From: Candidatus Saccharimonadales bacterium
GTDB taxonomy: Bacteria; Patescibacteriota; Saccharimonadia; Saccharimonadales; UBA4665
DNA length: 64,000 nucleotides
Direction of reading: 5' to 3'
Assembly (NCBI GenBank): GCA_036388555.1
Contig: DASVRP010000008.1
Coordinates: 91,609-155,608 of the forward strand
Positions 35,747 to 45,382 of this stretch are shown here, piece by piece. The translations under genes and the position numbers were made by a program. The notes under the pieces are model-generated. The model searched no databases. It had not been told where the DNA came from and saw only the letters and a program-made list of their open reading frames with translations. Positions within the stretch are counted from its first letter, which is position 1, and each line of letters begins with the position of its first letter.

Positions 35747-36715
35747 CTACAGCTTCGACCAGATGGCTATCCAGTCGAGCTGCACGTTCCCGGCTACGCT
35801 GTTCGCCGGCACGGTGCCGTCCAGCGCCGTCTCGGTCTGCAACACCAGGTGCATCGGGGTATTGGGTATACGGCTGGTGCTGGTGCCGATCGTGGTTCCG
35901 TCCAGGATGAATCTCACTGACGATGGCCCCCACTCTATGATGGCGGTATGCCAGCTGGGATAGGTTGCGGATGTCGTGTAGCCGTCCTGGTCACCGCCCG
36001 AGGTGCCATTCTGGCGGTGCATGTATGCCTCGATAGTGCCGTTAAGGTTGCCTTCCGGAAAGTCTATTTCGCCGTCACGCGGCCAGGTCTCGCTATCCGG
36101 CCAGAGCAGCCAGGCTGTCTTGTAGCCAACGAGCGGATCGGCCCGGAAGCGCATGGCATAGCGGCCGTAGAGCTGTCCGTTGGGGATTCCAGGCAACTTC
36201 GGTACCGGCGCCGATACCATGTGTACGCCGTTTTCGGTATGGAGATACATATTCAGCAGCCCGTTCTGCTGACTGATGACTTTTGAGGGATAATAGGTGC
36301 CATTCCTGCTGGTATCTTTCCAGCCGTCTGGATACGCACCCCATTTGGCGCTGACAGCACCTGGAAAGCTGCCGACCGGTACGTTCGCGGTAAAGTCGTC
36401 GGTAAATATCTGCTTCCAGCCAGGCAGATCCCCGATCGGCATCGGCTGTCCGGACGGATTGGTGACTGGCGCGGCAAACCGCACGCCTGCCCCGCCCGAA
36501 GCCTGGCTGTCAGCCTGCGACGCGGCCGGACCGCTCAATGCGCCGCGCTCCGGCTCGGCGCTGATATAGGGCGTGGCAGCTTGTGAAACGAACCGTGCCG
36601 CCAGCCCGACGATGCTGCAGCACAGTATGACCAGGATTATGGTAATGTGTTTTGATCGTATATATTTCCGGCGTTGCATAGCACGTCTCCAAGCGCGGGG
36701 CGGCACCTGCATCAT
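35747..36715 (-). CDS. GH16-like glycoside hydrolase with shared N-terminal cassette
   Basis: 322-aa ORF. The cassette is AATPYISAEPERGALSGPAASQADSQASGGAGVRF. The catalytic motif is GEIDFPEG. YGRYAMRFRAD parallels YGRYSIRFKAT of 12600-13157. Confidence 0.7.
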   Translation of the reverse strand: MMQVPPRAWRRAMQRRKYIRSKHITIILVILCCSIVGLAARFVSQAATPYISAEPERGALSGPAASQADSQASGGAGVRFAAPVTNPSGQPMPIGDLPGWKQIFTDDFTANVPVGSFPGAVSAKWGAYPDGWKDTSRNGTYYPSKVISQQNGLLNMYLHTENGVHMVSAPVPKLPGIPNGQLYGRYAMRFRADPLVGYKTAWLLWPDSETWPRDGEIDFPEGNLNGTIEAYMHRQNGTSGGDQDGYTTSATYPSWHTAIIEWGPSSVRFILDGTTIGTSTSRIPNTPMHLVLQTETALDGTVPANSVAGNVQLDWIAIWSKL

Positions 36716-36984
36716 CAGCGCCCGATAGTATATGAAGCTACCTCATCGAGCAATGGCAACTGCGCTCCCTGCCAGAGATGGAGCAGCGTGCCGTCGATAG
36801 CCATGACCATGATAGCAGGATAGCTCATGATATCGTACAGGCTTGCCAGGGCTATGCCATCGCGCTCATCGACATTCAGGACTTCCAGCTTGGAGCCGGT
36901 GTGGCGGACCTGGTAGTCATGTATAAACGTTTCGACAGACCGGGCATGCTCTGAATGCGGGCGATATAGGATAACCACTTTCAT
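36715..36984 (-). CDS. Small hypothetical protein (thioredoxin-fold-like, no CxxC)
   Basis: MKVVILYRPHSEHARSVETFIHDY... I place the start at the internal ATG at 36984. The fold call is tentative. Confidence 0.4.
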   Translation of the reverse strand: MKVVILYRPHSEHARSVETFIHDYQVRHTGSKLEVLNVDERDGIALASLYDIMSYPAIMVMAIDGTLLHLWQGAQLPLLDEVASYTIGR

Positions 36985-37048
36985 GCGCCCAGTGTAGCAC
37001 AAATAACCATAACCGTACTATACGAATACACTGCTTTGGGATACTGTA

Positions 37049-37876
37049 ATGATAATGCCTGTGCCGCGACCGATGCCGAACCTGCGATACCTCACGACAG
37101 TGCTGGCGGTCTGCCTGCTGGTAGCGTTCGCGGCAGCTGCAAAGCCTGTTCCGCACGAGCCACAAGCTCCATCGCTAACACACCTATCGGCTGCCACACT
37201 GGCGAATCCGCTGGATAGAGCACATAACCTACCGGGAGCCCTAGCCGCCCGCCAGTACAACTTGCTAAATGGCCGGGTTACGCTGCGTGACGACGGCATC
37301 TGGCAGCCCGCCCGCGGTGGTTACTGGTCGATGCAGCAGCGGTCATGCGGCCGCGGTATCATCCCGGACATGGACTGCCTGGACACCCGGATGTTTGTCT
37401 TGCAGCACGAACCGTATCGGAACCCAGACCAGTTCCAGGTCAATGTGACAGTGTTCAAGCGCGGCAGCACTCCGGTGCGCGACTGGACGATTGCGAATAT
37501 CGGACTGTACCCGACTGCCGAGCGGCTACATGACTACCACGTCGGCAGCTACCCGGCCTTCAGCTACGAAGCGCCGCTGGGCCCGGACGAGAAGCGGTTA
37601 GTCCGTACGATCGTCTGGCAGGACGTGGCCGTCGTCGTCCGGGCTACATTATTCAATCAACGCCATAATCATTACAGTGGCACTGGCAATTACCTGCAGT
37701 ACGGCGGTGAGATCGACCGGCTGACGCAGTCGATTGTCATCCGTGATGGCCGCATGCATGGCGACACGGACACCGGTACGCACATTGACGCTTATGGTAA
37801 TAACAGATACAATGAAGCTACTTTAGACCACAAACCCGTGAGCCGGCCCGATTATGAAGAGTTCCACACCCATTAA
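37049..37876 (+). CDS. Hypothetical secreted protein
   Basis: 275-aa ORF with a signal peptide (LRYLTTVLAVCLLVAFAAAAKP). Confidence 0.5.
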   Translation: MIMPVPRPMPNLRYLTTVLAVCLLVAFAAAAKPVPHEPQAPSLTHLSAATLANPLDRAHNLPGALAARQYNLLNGRVTLRDDGIWQPARGGYWSMQQRSCGRGIIPDMDCLDTRMFVLQHEPYRNPDQFQVNVTVFKRGSTPVRDWTIANIGLYPTAERLHDYHVGSYPAFSYEAPLGPDEKRLVRTIVWQDVAVVVRATLFNQRHNHYSGTGNYLQYGGEIDRLTQSIVIRDGRMHGDTDTGTHIDAYGNNRYNEATLDHKPVSRPDYEEFHTH

Positions 37877-38963
37877 GCGACCCCTTCAGGGGAACAAGCA
37901 GCGGATCTTACTGCTGGTACTCGCCCTGTTCGTCGCTGCCGGCAGCCTGGCTCTGCTGAGCCTGCGGGCCGCCGGGCCGTTCGTAGCTGTCGAGCCGGAA
38001 TCCGGCAGCCGGACGGCTCCGGCGGCCGGGATACAAGATACGACCGCCTCCGGCGGTCAAGCAGTCAGATTTGGTCCTGCCAGCAGCAGTACCAAATTCA
38101 CGCTGGTCGTCATGCCCGATACCCAGTTTACCGCTCAGTCGTGGCCGGCCGATTTCATGAACATGACCGCCTGGATACGTGACAAAGCCGCTGAGCTCAA
38201 TATCGCGTATGTACTGCATGAGGGCGACGTCCAGGAAAATCCCATCCCGCCGACCTATCAATATTTCGAGAATGCCCGCCGTGCCATGAACCAGCTCGAC
38301 GGCCATGTGCCGTACGTCGTCGCCATCGGCAACCATGATTTCGACGCCTGGTACACCGGTCAGAATGAAGGCATCGCCGCCGACCGCAGGGCGACCGTGT
38401 TCAACCGCTATTTCCCCGTCTCAAAGTTCCAGAACTGGCCGACATTCGGCAGCAGCCACCCGGCCGGCACGAACGATAATAGTTTCCATAAATTCAGAGC
38501 AGGCGGCACCGACTGGGGCATCGTCACACTCAAATTCAAGCCGACCGCCGCTGAGCTGGCCTGGGCCAACAGCATCGTCAGTGCTAATCCGACCCGCCGC
38601 TTCATTATCCTCACCCACGAATACCTCTTCGGCAACGGCACGCGGACGCCAGCCGGTACCCAGATGTGGAATGAGCTGGTGAGCAAATATAAGAACGTCC
38701 AGTTCGTCTTCTCGGGCCACGTCTATCCGACCAGCGCCCGCCGTGTCGACGCTGGCGTCAATGGCAACCAGGTACACCAGCTGCTCATCGATTACCAGGC
38801 ATACAGCGTCCGCGAGCCCAACAGCTACATCAGGCTCATGACATTCGATACCGCCGCCCGGACGATCACCGTCAAAAGCTATTCGCCGCCGTTCAACAAA
38901 TACATGACCGGCGCGGCCGATGACTTCGTGCTGACCGGTGTACCGTTTGGACCCGTGCAGTAG
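37854..38963 (+). CDS. Secreted calcineurin-like metallophosphoesterase with shared N-terminal cassette
   Basis: 369-aa ORF. The cassette is AAGPFVAVEPESGSRTAPAAGIQDTTASGGQAVRFG. Metallophosphatase motifs are VVMPDTQ, HEGDV, IGNHD, LTHE and SGHV. Confidence 0.7.
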   Translation: MKSSTPIKRPLQGNKQRILLLVLALFVAAGSLALLSLRAAGPFVAVEPESGSRTAPAAGIQDTTASGGQAVRFGPASSSTKFTLVVMPDTQFTAQSWPADFMNMTAWIRDKAAELNIAYVLHEGDVQENPIPPTYQYFENARRAMNQLDGHVPYVVAIGNHDFDAWYTGQNEGIAADRRATVFNRYFPVSKFQNWPTFGSSHPAGTNDNSFHKFRAGGTDWGIVTLKFKPTAAELAWANSIVSANPTRRFIILTHEYLFGNGTRTPAGTQMWNELVSKYKNVQFVFSGHVYPTSARRVDAGVNGNQVHQLLIDYQAYSVREPNSYIRLMTFDTAARTITVKSYSPPFNKYMTGAADDFVLTGVPFGPVQ

Positions 38964-38988
38964 CGCTGCCTCGCGTCGCTCGGACGGT

Positions 38989-39468
38989 CTACTGCGTCCG
39001 GCGCAGGCGGAGCATATCCATGCCCCACTCACCCATCCGGGCCCGCTGACGGACCGTCATAAAGGGTCTCAGGATTTCCATAATATCGTCATCGATGCGC
39101 TTACCAGTGCGGCGGCAATCCTCGACGACGAGGTGTACCAGCCTGCGGACGGCGCGGTCGATATCTGAGGCCGTGTAACTATACGGCAGCTTGCGGCCGC
39201 GCAGCATACGCTCGGTCAGGCCGATACAGTGCTGGAGTATAGTCTGGCGCTCCTGTAGCATGTGGGAGCGGATTTTAGGATAGTGGCTGAGCGTTTCGCC
39301 GGCAGTAAAGAAAGATTCCTGAGTCTCCTGTAGATTGAGCAGTTCCTCCTCGATGTGAATCTCACTGTCCAGGATCGGATTGTGCCGCTTGGTCTTGGTG
39401 GCATCGGGGATACTGATCCTGGTCTGCCGCGCGACTGCCTTGAGCGCTAATTTATGCATTCTGAGCAC
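38989..39468 (-). CDS. Hypothetical protein
   Basis: 159-aa ORF, predicted helical. I recognise no family. Confidence 0.4.
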   Translation of the reverse strand: MLRMHKLALKAVARQTRISIPDATKTKRHNPILDSEIHIEEELLNLQETQESFFTAGETLSHYPKIRSHMLQERQTILQHCIGLTERMLRGRKLPYSYTASDIDRAVRRLVHLVVEDCRRTGKRIDDDIMEILRPFMTVRQRARMGEWGMDMLRLRRTQ

Positions 39469-39595
39469 TATATACCCTCCTTCTTTGCATAAGCTCCTAG
39501 TATATGAAATATCTCATATATGGTCAAGCTTAAGCACTATCGGGAATGTGGATAGTATCATTTCAATGCGTGATTAACTCCGGTGGATATAATCG

Positions 39596-40135
39596 TTAGC
39601 GGACAACATCAAAACTATTAAAGAACCTGCGCCACTGGTCGTCGCTGAGGTCCTTATCCGGATTCGCAAATAGCAGCGTACCTTTGGTATTCAGGACTGC
39701 CGACTGTCTGCCTTTGCGGCTTTCCGGCTTTGTCAGGTAGACAGTGCCTATAGCAGTCTCAAACTTTTTATATACTCTCATCTGCTCGACGACCTTGTCG
39801 TACACCTGTGGAATGTCTGTAAAATTTTCGGGGGTCGGCTGCTCGCTGACCGATACCCGTATGCCGTCTATAGGCGCATCAAACGACAACACTTTCAGTC
39901 CGCTGTCATATTTGATGCTGTTGGCATCTATCATCACCGTTTCCGCTGCCGGCAGAAGCAATGCCGAAGTGACCTGTTTCCTGATGGCAGCCGGTACCGG
40001 CGGATCCGGTCGCAGCAGCATGAACACGCCATAAATCAGGGAGACTGCCACTACCACTGCCAGTAGTGGTAGCAACCGCCGGAAATCAAGCCGGAACCGC
40101 GGCGTCCGGATCAGCGGAGCCGTATTACCGGACAT
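39596..40135 (-). CDS. Hypothetical membrane-anchored protein, last gene of the surface locus
   Basis: 179-aa ORF with an N-terminal TM segment (LLPLLAVVVAVSLIYGVFMLL). Its start overlaps the stop of the 1303-aa gene by 11 nt. Confidence 0.5.
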   Translation of the reverse strand: MSGNTAPLIRTPRFRLDFRRLLPLLAVVVAVSLIYGVFMLLRPDPPVPAAIRKQVTSALLLPAAETVMIDANSIKYDSGLKVLSFDAPIDGIRVSVSEQPTPENFTDIPQVYDKVVEQMRVYKKFETAIGTVYLTKPESRKGRQSAVLNTKGTLLFANPDKDLSDDQWRRFFNSFDVVR

Positions 40136-43100
40136 TTATGTTCACCAGTACAGACCCGCGGCAGGTATCGGCGTTCGCGGTCACACTACACTGCGTACCA
40201 GGGGCATTACGAGATGTTTGTGACATACCAAGAAGGTTGAATGGTATATCTGTCCGTGCCGTCGTAACGAGGGCGGCACTGGCGACATAGCCTGGAGTCG
40301 TTGTCGGGATAATGTAGAGGCCGGTCGTGGCGGTCGTGGCTTTGACGTAGGCTTGGCCGCTTGTAACGACGACGGCATTGACGACCGTTGCTGATATCGT
40401 ACCGCTGTAGGACACTAGCACACCCATGAACGGATCTGTAGCAGCCGCGGTCGGCACTGCACCCCCGACAGTCGTATTTGGCTTGACGGCAAAACCGATA
40501 TTGGAAAGTGTGTTGATGCTGGCTGCGGCTTTGGTGGATGTGGTGAATACTCTGGTATCGTATATATTGCCTATGCCGCCGCCTGTAGCAATCTGTTTGA
40601 TGGTAGCCAGGCAGATCGACGGCCTGTCGATGGACCAGTTGGCCGGCGTCGTCATCATCGTCGTTGACGTCTCAGTCGCGCTGGCAGTCAGGAACGTCGG
40701 CTGGGCACCGGGTGCTCCGATACACAGGTTCTGGAAGGCGTTAGCAGTTGCAGTTATACCGGTCGTATAGTCGGTAGCCTGCGCCGTTACGACATGCTTA
40801 CGGCCATAGGCGTACAGGGTGCATCCTGTCCATCGGACGGAGTTAACGACACTGCCCATATATACCTTGCATGGTCCGTCACTGGCGTCAGTCGCATTAA
40901 CACCGGCTACGTCGCCGGACGTCGTGCCGCTATCAGGTACGACACCGAACATTATCAGTCCCAGGCCGGCCGTGCTCATGACATCCTCCCAGCCGGCATT
41001 GACGCAGGCCCGGATAGCGTTCGTCGAGGTATTGTAATACATCGCACCCTGATTGAGTGTGGTGCTGCAAGACTCAGATTCGGCGAAGTCACTGTCCGAG
41101 TCCAGCTGAAGGCCTATCATCGTCGTATCCGTTGTAACGCTGCCTACCTGAATTCTGTTATTTACTGTATCGACGGAGAACATGTTGCTGGATGCGCTGT
41201 TCTGTATTTGGAAGGCCGATACCGAATTAGTCTTATTCTGAATGAAAACTGGCGTATTGATGGTGGCGTTGAAGCTGATAGCCCCTGCCCCGTATGCTCC
41301 GGCGACAGAGCCGGCCTCCAGCTGAACGCCATCGATATAGAACGTATGAGCCGTGGCACCCGTCTGGCGAATAGCAATATATGAGGCGCTCGTCTGTGCG
41401 GTTGCCGATGTCGTCAACATACAGATGTGACGGGTCCAGCCACCGACGATAACTGTCTGAGTGTTGATGCTCGAACAAGCCGTCGTCGCTGTGCCATCCG
41501 GTGAGTAGACAGCTGTCATATCGGTAAAGGCAGCGCTGGCAGCGTCCAGCCGGGAGTACCATGACAGGACGTATGGTGCCGAGCCGGCGACTGTGGCCAT
41601 GGGCGACAGGGCGGCGCTGTTGTTCAGGCTGAGGCGGGCGCCGTTGTTGGCAGTAGCAGCCGTCACAATTTTCAGTGAGTAGTCGCCATTGAGCGCGGTG
41701 CTCGAATCGCGGCTGATGCTGCCACCGGTCGTGGTGTAGCTCCAACCCTGGCTATTGACCTCGAAGCCGGCATAGCCGGCAAGCAGATTTGCGTCGGTGT
41801 TGTCGACGTTGAATACGCTGGCACCTCTGGCAGAAGTAACCTGAAAGGCATTTGCCGAGTTGCTGACCGGTTGTACCGTCAGGGGCGTCGATATCACTCC
41901 ACCGAGGGCAATCTCGCCGTCTTGATACACGGTCGTGCTGTTGGCATCTGTCTCCAGGGTAAAGCCGTCAACGTAAACGGTACGGGCGACGGCATCAGTC
42001 TGCTTGACATATATGTACGGAGATCCGGATACAGTACCGGTAGTGAACGAGCAGGTATAGCGACTCCAACCGTTCTTGGATACAGTGACGGCCGTGCGGC
42101 AAGCGGTATCGGTGCTGCCATTGTCTGCCCGGCCAAATGCAAATGTAGCGAAATCCGACGTACCAGGAGTGGCCCGAGCATAGAAGCTCAGTGTGTAGGT
42201 GGTAGCAGAAGTCAGCGCCACAACTTGTTTCGCACCATCATTAGCTGCTACATTTGGCAAGCGCAGCGAGTATGATCCGTTATGGAATTGCGTTGCGTCC
42301 TGTACCGGCGCGGCAGTGCCGCGGGCGGTCCATGTCGTACCAAGCGTCGCTTCGAAGCTTGGGTTGATCAGCAGGTTGTTGGAATTGTTACTAGCAGTAT
42401 CGATACTTAAAACTTTCGTACCGGAGGCGTTCTGCACCAGGAAACCATTTGCCGAGTCGACGCGGTTTCCAAAGGTCGCAGCACCCGTCGAGGATAACGT
42501 CATTACATCCGCGCCCTGCGGATCAGTGAAGTTGAGTGCTCCGGTAGCGTTCATATACATCGCGTAGCCGTTGCTCGCATGGTAGGCAGAATTACCAAAT
42601 ACCAAGCCGTACGGGCTATCGTCATCTGCCTGCAGCCGCAATAGTGAGTTCCTGTCGGTTGCCGTATTATTGGTAGCGATGGTACCGTTATCTACAATGG
42701 TCAGTTTTGAGTCGGTGGCAGCACCACCAATGCCGATCCGGCTGTTGTCGGTATCGGCCACGAAGAGATTGCTGGTGCCGGCGGCGTTTTGGATCTGGAA
42801 TGCCGTCGTCGAATCAGCATTATTCTTGAACACAGCCGTACCGTGCACCGTGGTTGTGATGCTGGTGGTGCCGCTGGTCTTGCCGAGCGTTATAGATGTC
42901 GCCGTCGTGCCGCCGATGCCGAGCGCGCCTGCCGCTGCGGCATCAAGCGTTGGCGACTTGAGCGCCGTGCCGAAGATACCGGTTCCGTTGACATTTATAC
43001 TGCCGACATCAGCCGTGCCCGGAGTACCGCCCTGCAGCGTGACTCCGCCGCCGGCGCAGGCGCCAAACTCTAGTGCGGTAGCTGAGGACGTCGAGCCGCT

Positions 43101-44036
43101 CGATGATTTCAGGCAGGTCACACCGGTCGCCCCGGCAGCTGGCATCGACAAGGTATAGCTGCCGGTCAGCCCCACTGAAGACAACGTTACGCTGCGGTTG
43201 TTGGCCGTACCGTCTCTAAAGACGATGCCGCCGGCGGCCGAAGTCGAGCCAAGGCTCAGCGCGCTACTGCCCTGCAGGCTTAGACTGAGGCCGGAGCCCA
43301 TGGTCGCGCTGTCAGCCAGAGTTATGCCGGTGGCATTGGTACCTCCGATGCTCAGCAGGCCGGAGGTGGCCGCGTCAAGCGTATTGCCCTGTAGCGACCC
43401 CCCGCTGGTGATGTTGCCGGTGACGTTCAGCGAGCCCGTCTGGGCGCCGCTCGGGCTGAGCTGGGCCAGGGAGCTGCCATCGATACCGTCGACCGTGTCA
43501 GCATTCATGGCATAGGGGCTGGCCCCGAGCGGACGGCGTGGCGTCATGACCTCGTTGCCGTCGTAGACGGCGCAGGAAGCGCCGGAGCAGGTCGCCGTAG
43601 CTGGTGTTGGCAGTTCGATTTCGAAGTAGAGCGGCTGTGTCGTAAACATGCTCGGAGTGAGCCCGGTGACGTCACCCAGCTGCACCGAGAAGATACCATT
43701 GGTCACCTGCACACGACTGCCGGCTTCGCGAACCTCGGTCCAGGGGTTGCTGCCGGCGGCCAGGGCGGTCCAGAGGCGGAATTTCATGTTGTACAGGCCG
43801 TCCGGCATGGTGTTGCCGGCGGTGTTGGTCAGCCGTCCCTGGAAGTTGACCTTGTAGGGAACTGTCTGGGCTGCTGACACGGTCGGTACAGACGCGCCGA
43901 CCACGGCGACGACACAGGCAAACAGCCCCACCAGGATGGGGGCAACTACAGCGAACCTTACCTTGCAGCGCCGGGCTGCAAGCGGCATATATCGACGAAG
44001 CATTTTCAATGCTTGCATTACTTCACCTAACTTCAC
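40125..44036 (-). CDS. Giant secreted fibre/adhesin-like protein with a tail-fibre-like N-terminal head and two CBM4/9-like jelly-roll modules
   Basis: 1303-aa ORF with a signal anchor, then VPYKVNFQGRLTNTAGNTMPDGLYNMKFRLW...VTNGIFSVQLG...YFEIEL. Two modules start LINPSFEATLG.. and GYAGFEVNSQGW.. and end ..VYVDGFTLE / ..FYIDGVQLE. Long Gly/Ser/Thr/Ala-rich beta repeats are also present. Confidence 0.65.
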   Translation of the reverse strand: MKLGEVMQALKMLRRYMPLAARRCKVRFAVVAPILVGLFACVVAVVGASVPTVSAAQTVPYKVNFQGRLTNTAGNTMPDGLYNMKFRLWTALAAGSNPWTEVREAGSRVQVTNGIFSVQLGDVTGLTPSMFTTQPLYFEIELPTPATATCSGASCAVYDGNEVMTPRRPLGASPYAMNADTVDGIDGSSLAQLSPSGAQTGSLNVTGNITSGGSLQGNTLDAATSGLLSIGGTNATGITLADSATMGSGLSLSLQGSSALSLGSTSAAGGIVFRDGTANNRSVTLSSVGLTGSYTLSMPAAGATGVTCLKSSSGSTSSATALEFGACAGGGVTLQGGTPGTADVGSINVNGTGIFGTALKSPTLDAAAAGALGIGGTTATSITLGKTSGTTSITTTVHGTAVFKNNADSTTAFQIQNAAGTSNLFVADTDNSRIGIGGAATDSKLTIVDNGTIATNNTATDRNSLLRLQADDDSPYGLVFGNSAYHASNGYAMYMNATGALNFTDPQGADVMTLSSTGAATFGNRVDSANGFLVQNASGTKVLSIDTASNNSNNLLINPSFEATLGTTWTARGTAAPVQDATQFHNGSYSLRLPNVAANDGAKQVVALTSATTYTLSFYARATPGTSDFATFAFGRADNGSTDTACRTAVTVSKNGWSRYTCSFTTGTVSGSPYIYVKQTDAVARTVYVDGFTLETDANSTTVYQDGEIALGGVISTPLTVQPVSNSANAFQVTSARGASVFNVDNTDANLLAGYAGFEVNSQGWSYTTTGGSISRDSSTALNGDYSLKIVTAATANNGARLSLNNSAALSPMATVAGSAPYVLSWYSRLDAASAAFTDMTAVYSPDGTATTACSSINTQTVIVGGWTRHICMLTTSATAQTSASYIAIRQTGATAHTFYIDGVQLEAGSVAGAYGAGAISFNATINTPVFIQNKTNSVSAFQIQNSASSNMFSVDTVNNRIQVGSVTTDTTMIGLQLDSDSDFAESESCSTTLNQGAMYYNTSTNAIRACVNAGWEDVMSTAGLGLIMFGVVPDSGTTSGDVAGVNATDASDGPCKVYMGSVVNSVRWTGCTLYAYGRKHVVTAQATDYTTGITATANAFQNLCIGAPGAQPTFLTASATETSTTMMTTPANWSIDRPSICLATIKQIATGGGIGNIYDTRVFTTSTKAAASINTLSNIGFAVKPNTTVGGAVPTAAATDPFMGVLVSYSGTISATVVNAVVVTSGQAYVKATTATTGLYIIPTTTPGYVASAALVTTARTDIPFNLLGMSQTSRNAPGTQCSVTANADTCRGSVLVNINVR

Positions 44037-44128
44037 TTATGCACAAGTTCCATTCAGTGGAAACTTAAGCATTATTATACACCAATTACGCTTATGTTAG
44101 TGAATTAAAAATGACCTGTCTGTGAATC

Positions 44129-45382
44129 TTATTGACCAGTCTTTAGCTTTTTATGTGACTTCTTGCGGGCGTTGACAGGCTTCGTCGATAACTGCTTAGT
44201 CGTCGGGGATTTCGCCGCAGGCTGTGGAGTAGGCGCGACCTCATCCGGCTCCACCGCTAGCTCAGGCGCCGTTGCAGGAGTCTTCGAACCAGCTGGCTTG
44301 CCTAGTGCGGCCTCGTCCTCCGTCATAACGACCGGATCCTCCGTGCCGCTCGCTTTGGTAGAACCGGTAGCATCGGCCGCGAGGTTATCCGGCGTATCGG
44401 CGTGCGAGACTTCCGGTTCGGTAGCCTGCGCTGTGGGCTCGGCTGGCGGCTCGTCAGGAACGGGGCCTGGGGCAGCATCTGCGGTGCCCTGCTCTAGCTC
44501 GGTCGGCTGTGGCGTTTTGCGGCGGCGCCTGCTGCGGCGTACCAGCAGCACCGTGAATACCATAAGCCCGGCTAACCCCAGCAGCACCCAGCGCCAGAAT
44601 CCAGTCACCACAACGGCCCACTTATCGACGCTGCTGCCTCCCGATGCTACGGTCAGCTTATACAAGCCGATCCGGCTAGCTGCCAGCTTGAATGGTATTT
44701 CGCGTGATACACCTGACATGACCAGTGGCGCATCGATCTGCTGCTTCAACTCACCGATCGGCCGGAGTGACACGGTGACTTTCGGAAAAAAGCCGCTTGA
44801 CGGCTCGACTGGTGCCGGGTTCTTCAGTGTCGCCGCCCCGCGCACTGCCTCGCCGATCTGGATGGGCGATACATCAAGCGATTGTATACTGATTCTGCGG
44901 GGGCCGGGCTGGCCGTTCTGGATCAGCAGCAGTGTGCCGACCTGGGCTGAGGGTACGATGCCGGCGCCTGCCGGGGATTTGGTGGCCGCAAAAATTGCCG
45001 CGAATATATCACCTTTCGGTAGCTTGTTGCTGTCGATAGCGAAGTAGACCCGGGCAGCCTCGCGCGGGCCGAGCTCAACTTCTTTCAGATCCAGCGTGAT
45101 GCCGCTGCTGATCACCTGGGAGGTAAAGAACCGCAGATTGCCTTGGCCGTCAGCCTGGCGGAAGCCGCGGACGTCCATGGTGACCGTTACTGCTACGGAT
45201 GAGGGATTCGAGACGTCCACGAAACCTTGTTTGCTCTTGCCTTGCTCCAGGGCCTCGCGGTACATCAGCGGCCGGATCTGCAGGCCTTCGGCATGTACCT
45301 CGGCCGGTGCTGCCAGCACTGCTCCGGCAGTCAGCGCCAGTGCCAGAGTGGCCGATACGAGCAACCTACGATGGAGTTTCAT
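44129..45382 (-). CDS. DUF916-like cell-surface anchor with a C-terminal TM segment and a long Pro/Ala/Thr-rich cytoplasmic tail
   Basis: 417-aa ORF with a signal peptide, LQIRPLMY.., GDIFAAIFAA, a TM segment (WRWVLLGLAGLMVFTVLLV) and RRSRRRRK, followed by a ~130-aa low-complexity tail. Confidence 0.55.
   Translation of the reverse strand: MKLHRRLLVSATLALALTAGAVLAAPAEVHAEGLQIRPLMYREALEQGKSKQGFVDVSNPSSVAVTVTMDVRGFRQADGQGNLRFFTSQVISSGITLDLKEVELGPREAARVYFAIDSNKLPKGDIFAAIFAATKSPAGAGIVPSAQVGTLLLIQNGQPGPRRISIQSLDVSPIQIGEAVRGAATLKNPAPVEPSSGFFPKVTVSLRPIGELKQQIDAPLVMSGVSREIPFKLAASRIGLYKLTVASGGSSVDKWAVVVTGFWRWVLLGLAGLMVFTVLLVRRSRRRRKTPQPTELEQGTADAAPGPVPDEPPAEPTAQATEPEVSHADTPDNLAADATGSTKASGTEDPVVMTEDEAALGKPAGSKTPATAPELAVEPDEVAPTPQPAAKSPTTKQLSTKPVNARKKSHKKLKTGQ

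Noticed and set aside
35586-35933. 115-aa minus-strand ORF spanning the GH16 3' end and the downstream spacer.
   Set aside because: Most of it overlaps the GH16-like gene out of frame. The non-overlapping tail (about 50 aa) has no recognisable motif or start signal. A small real ORF cannot be excluded, but it is not supported.
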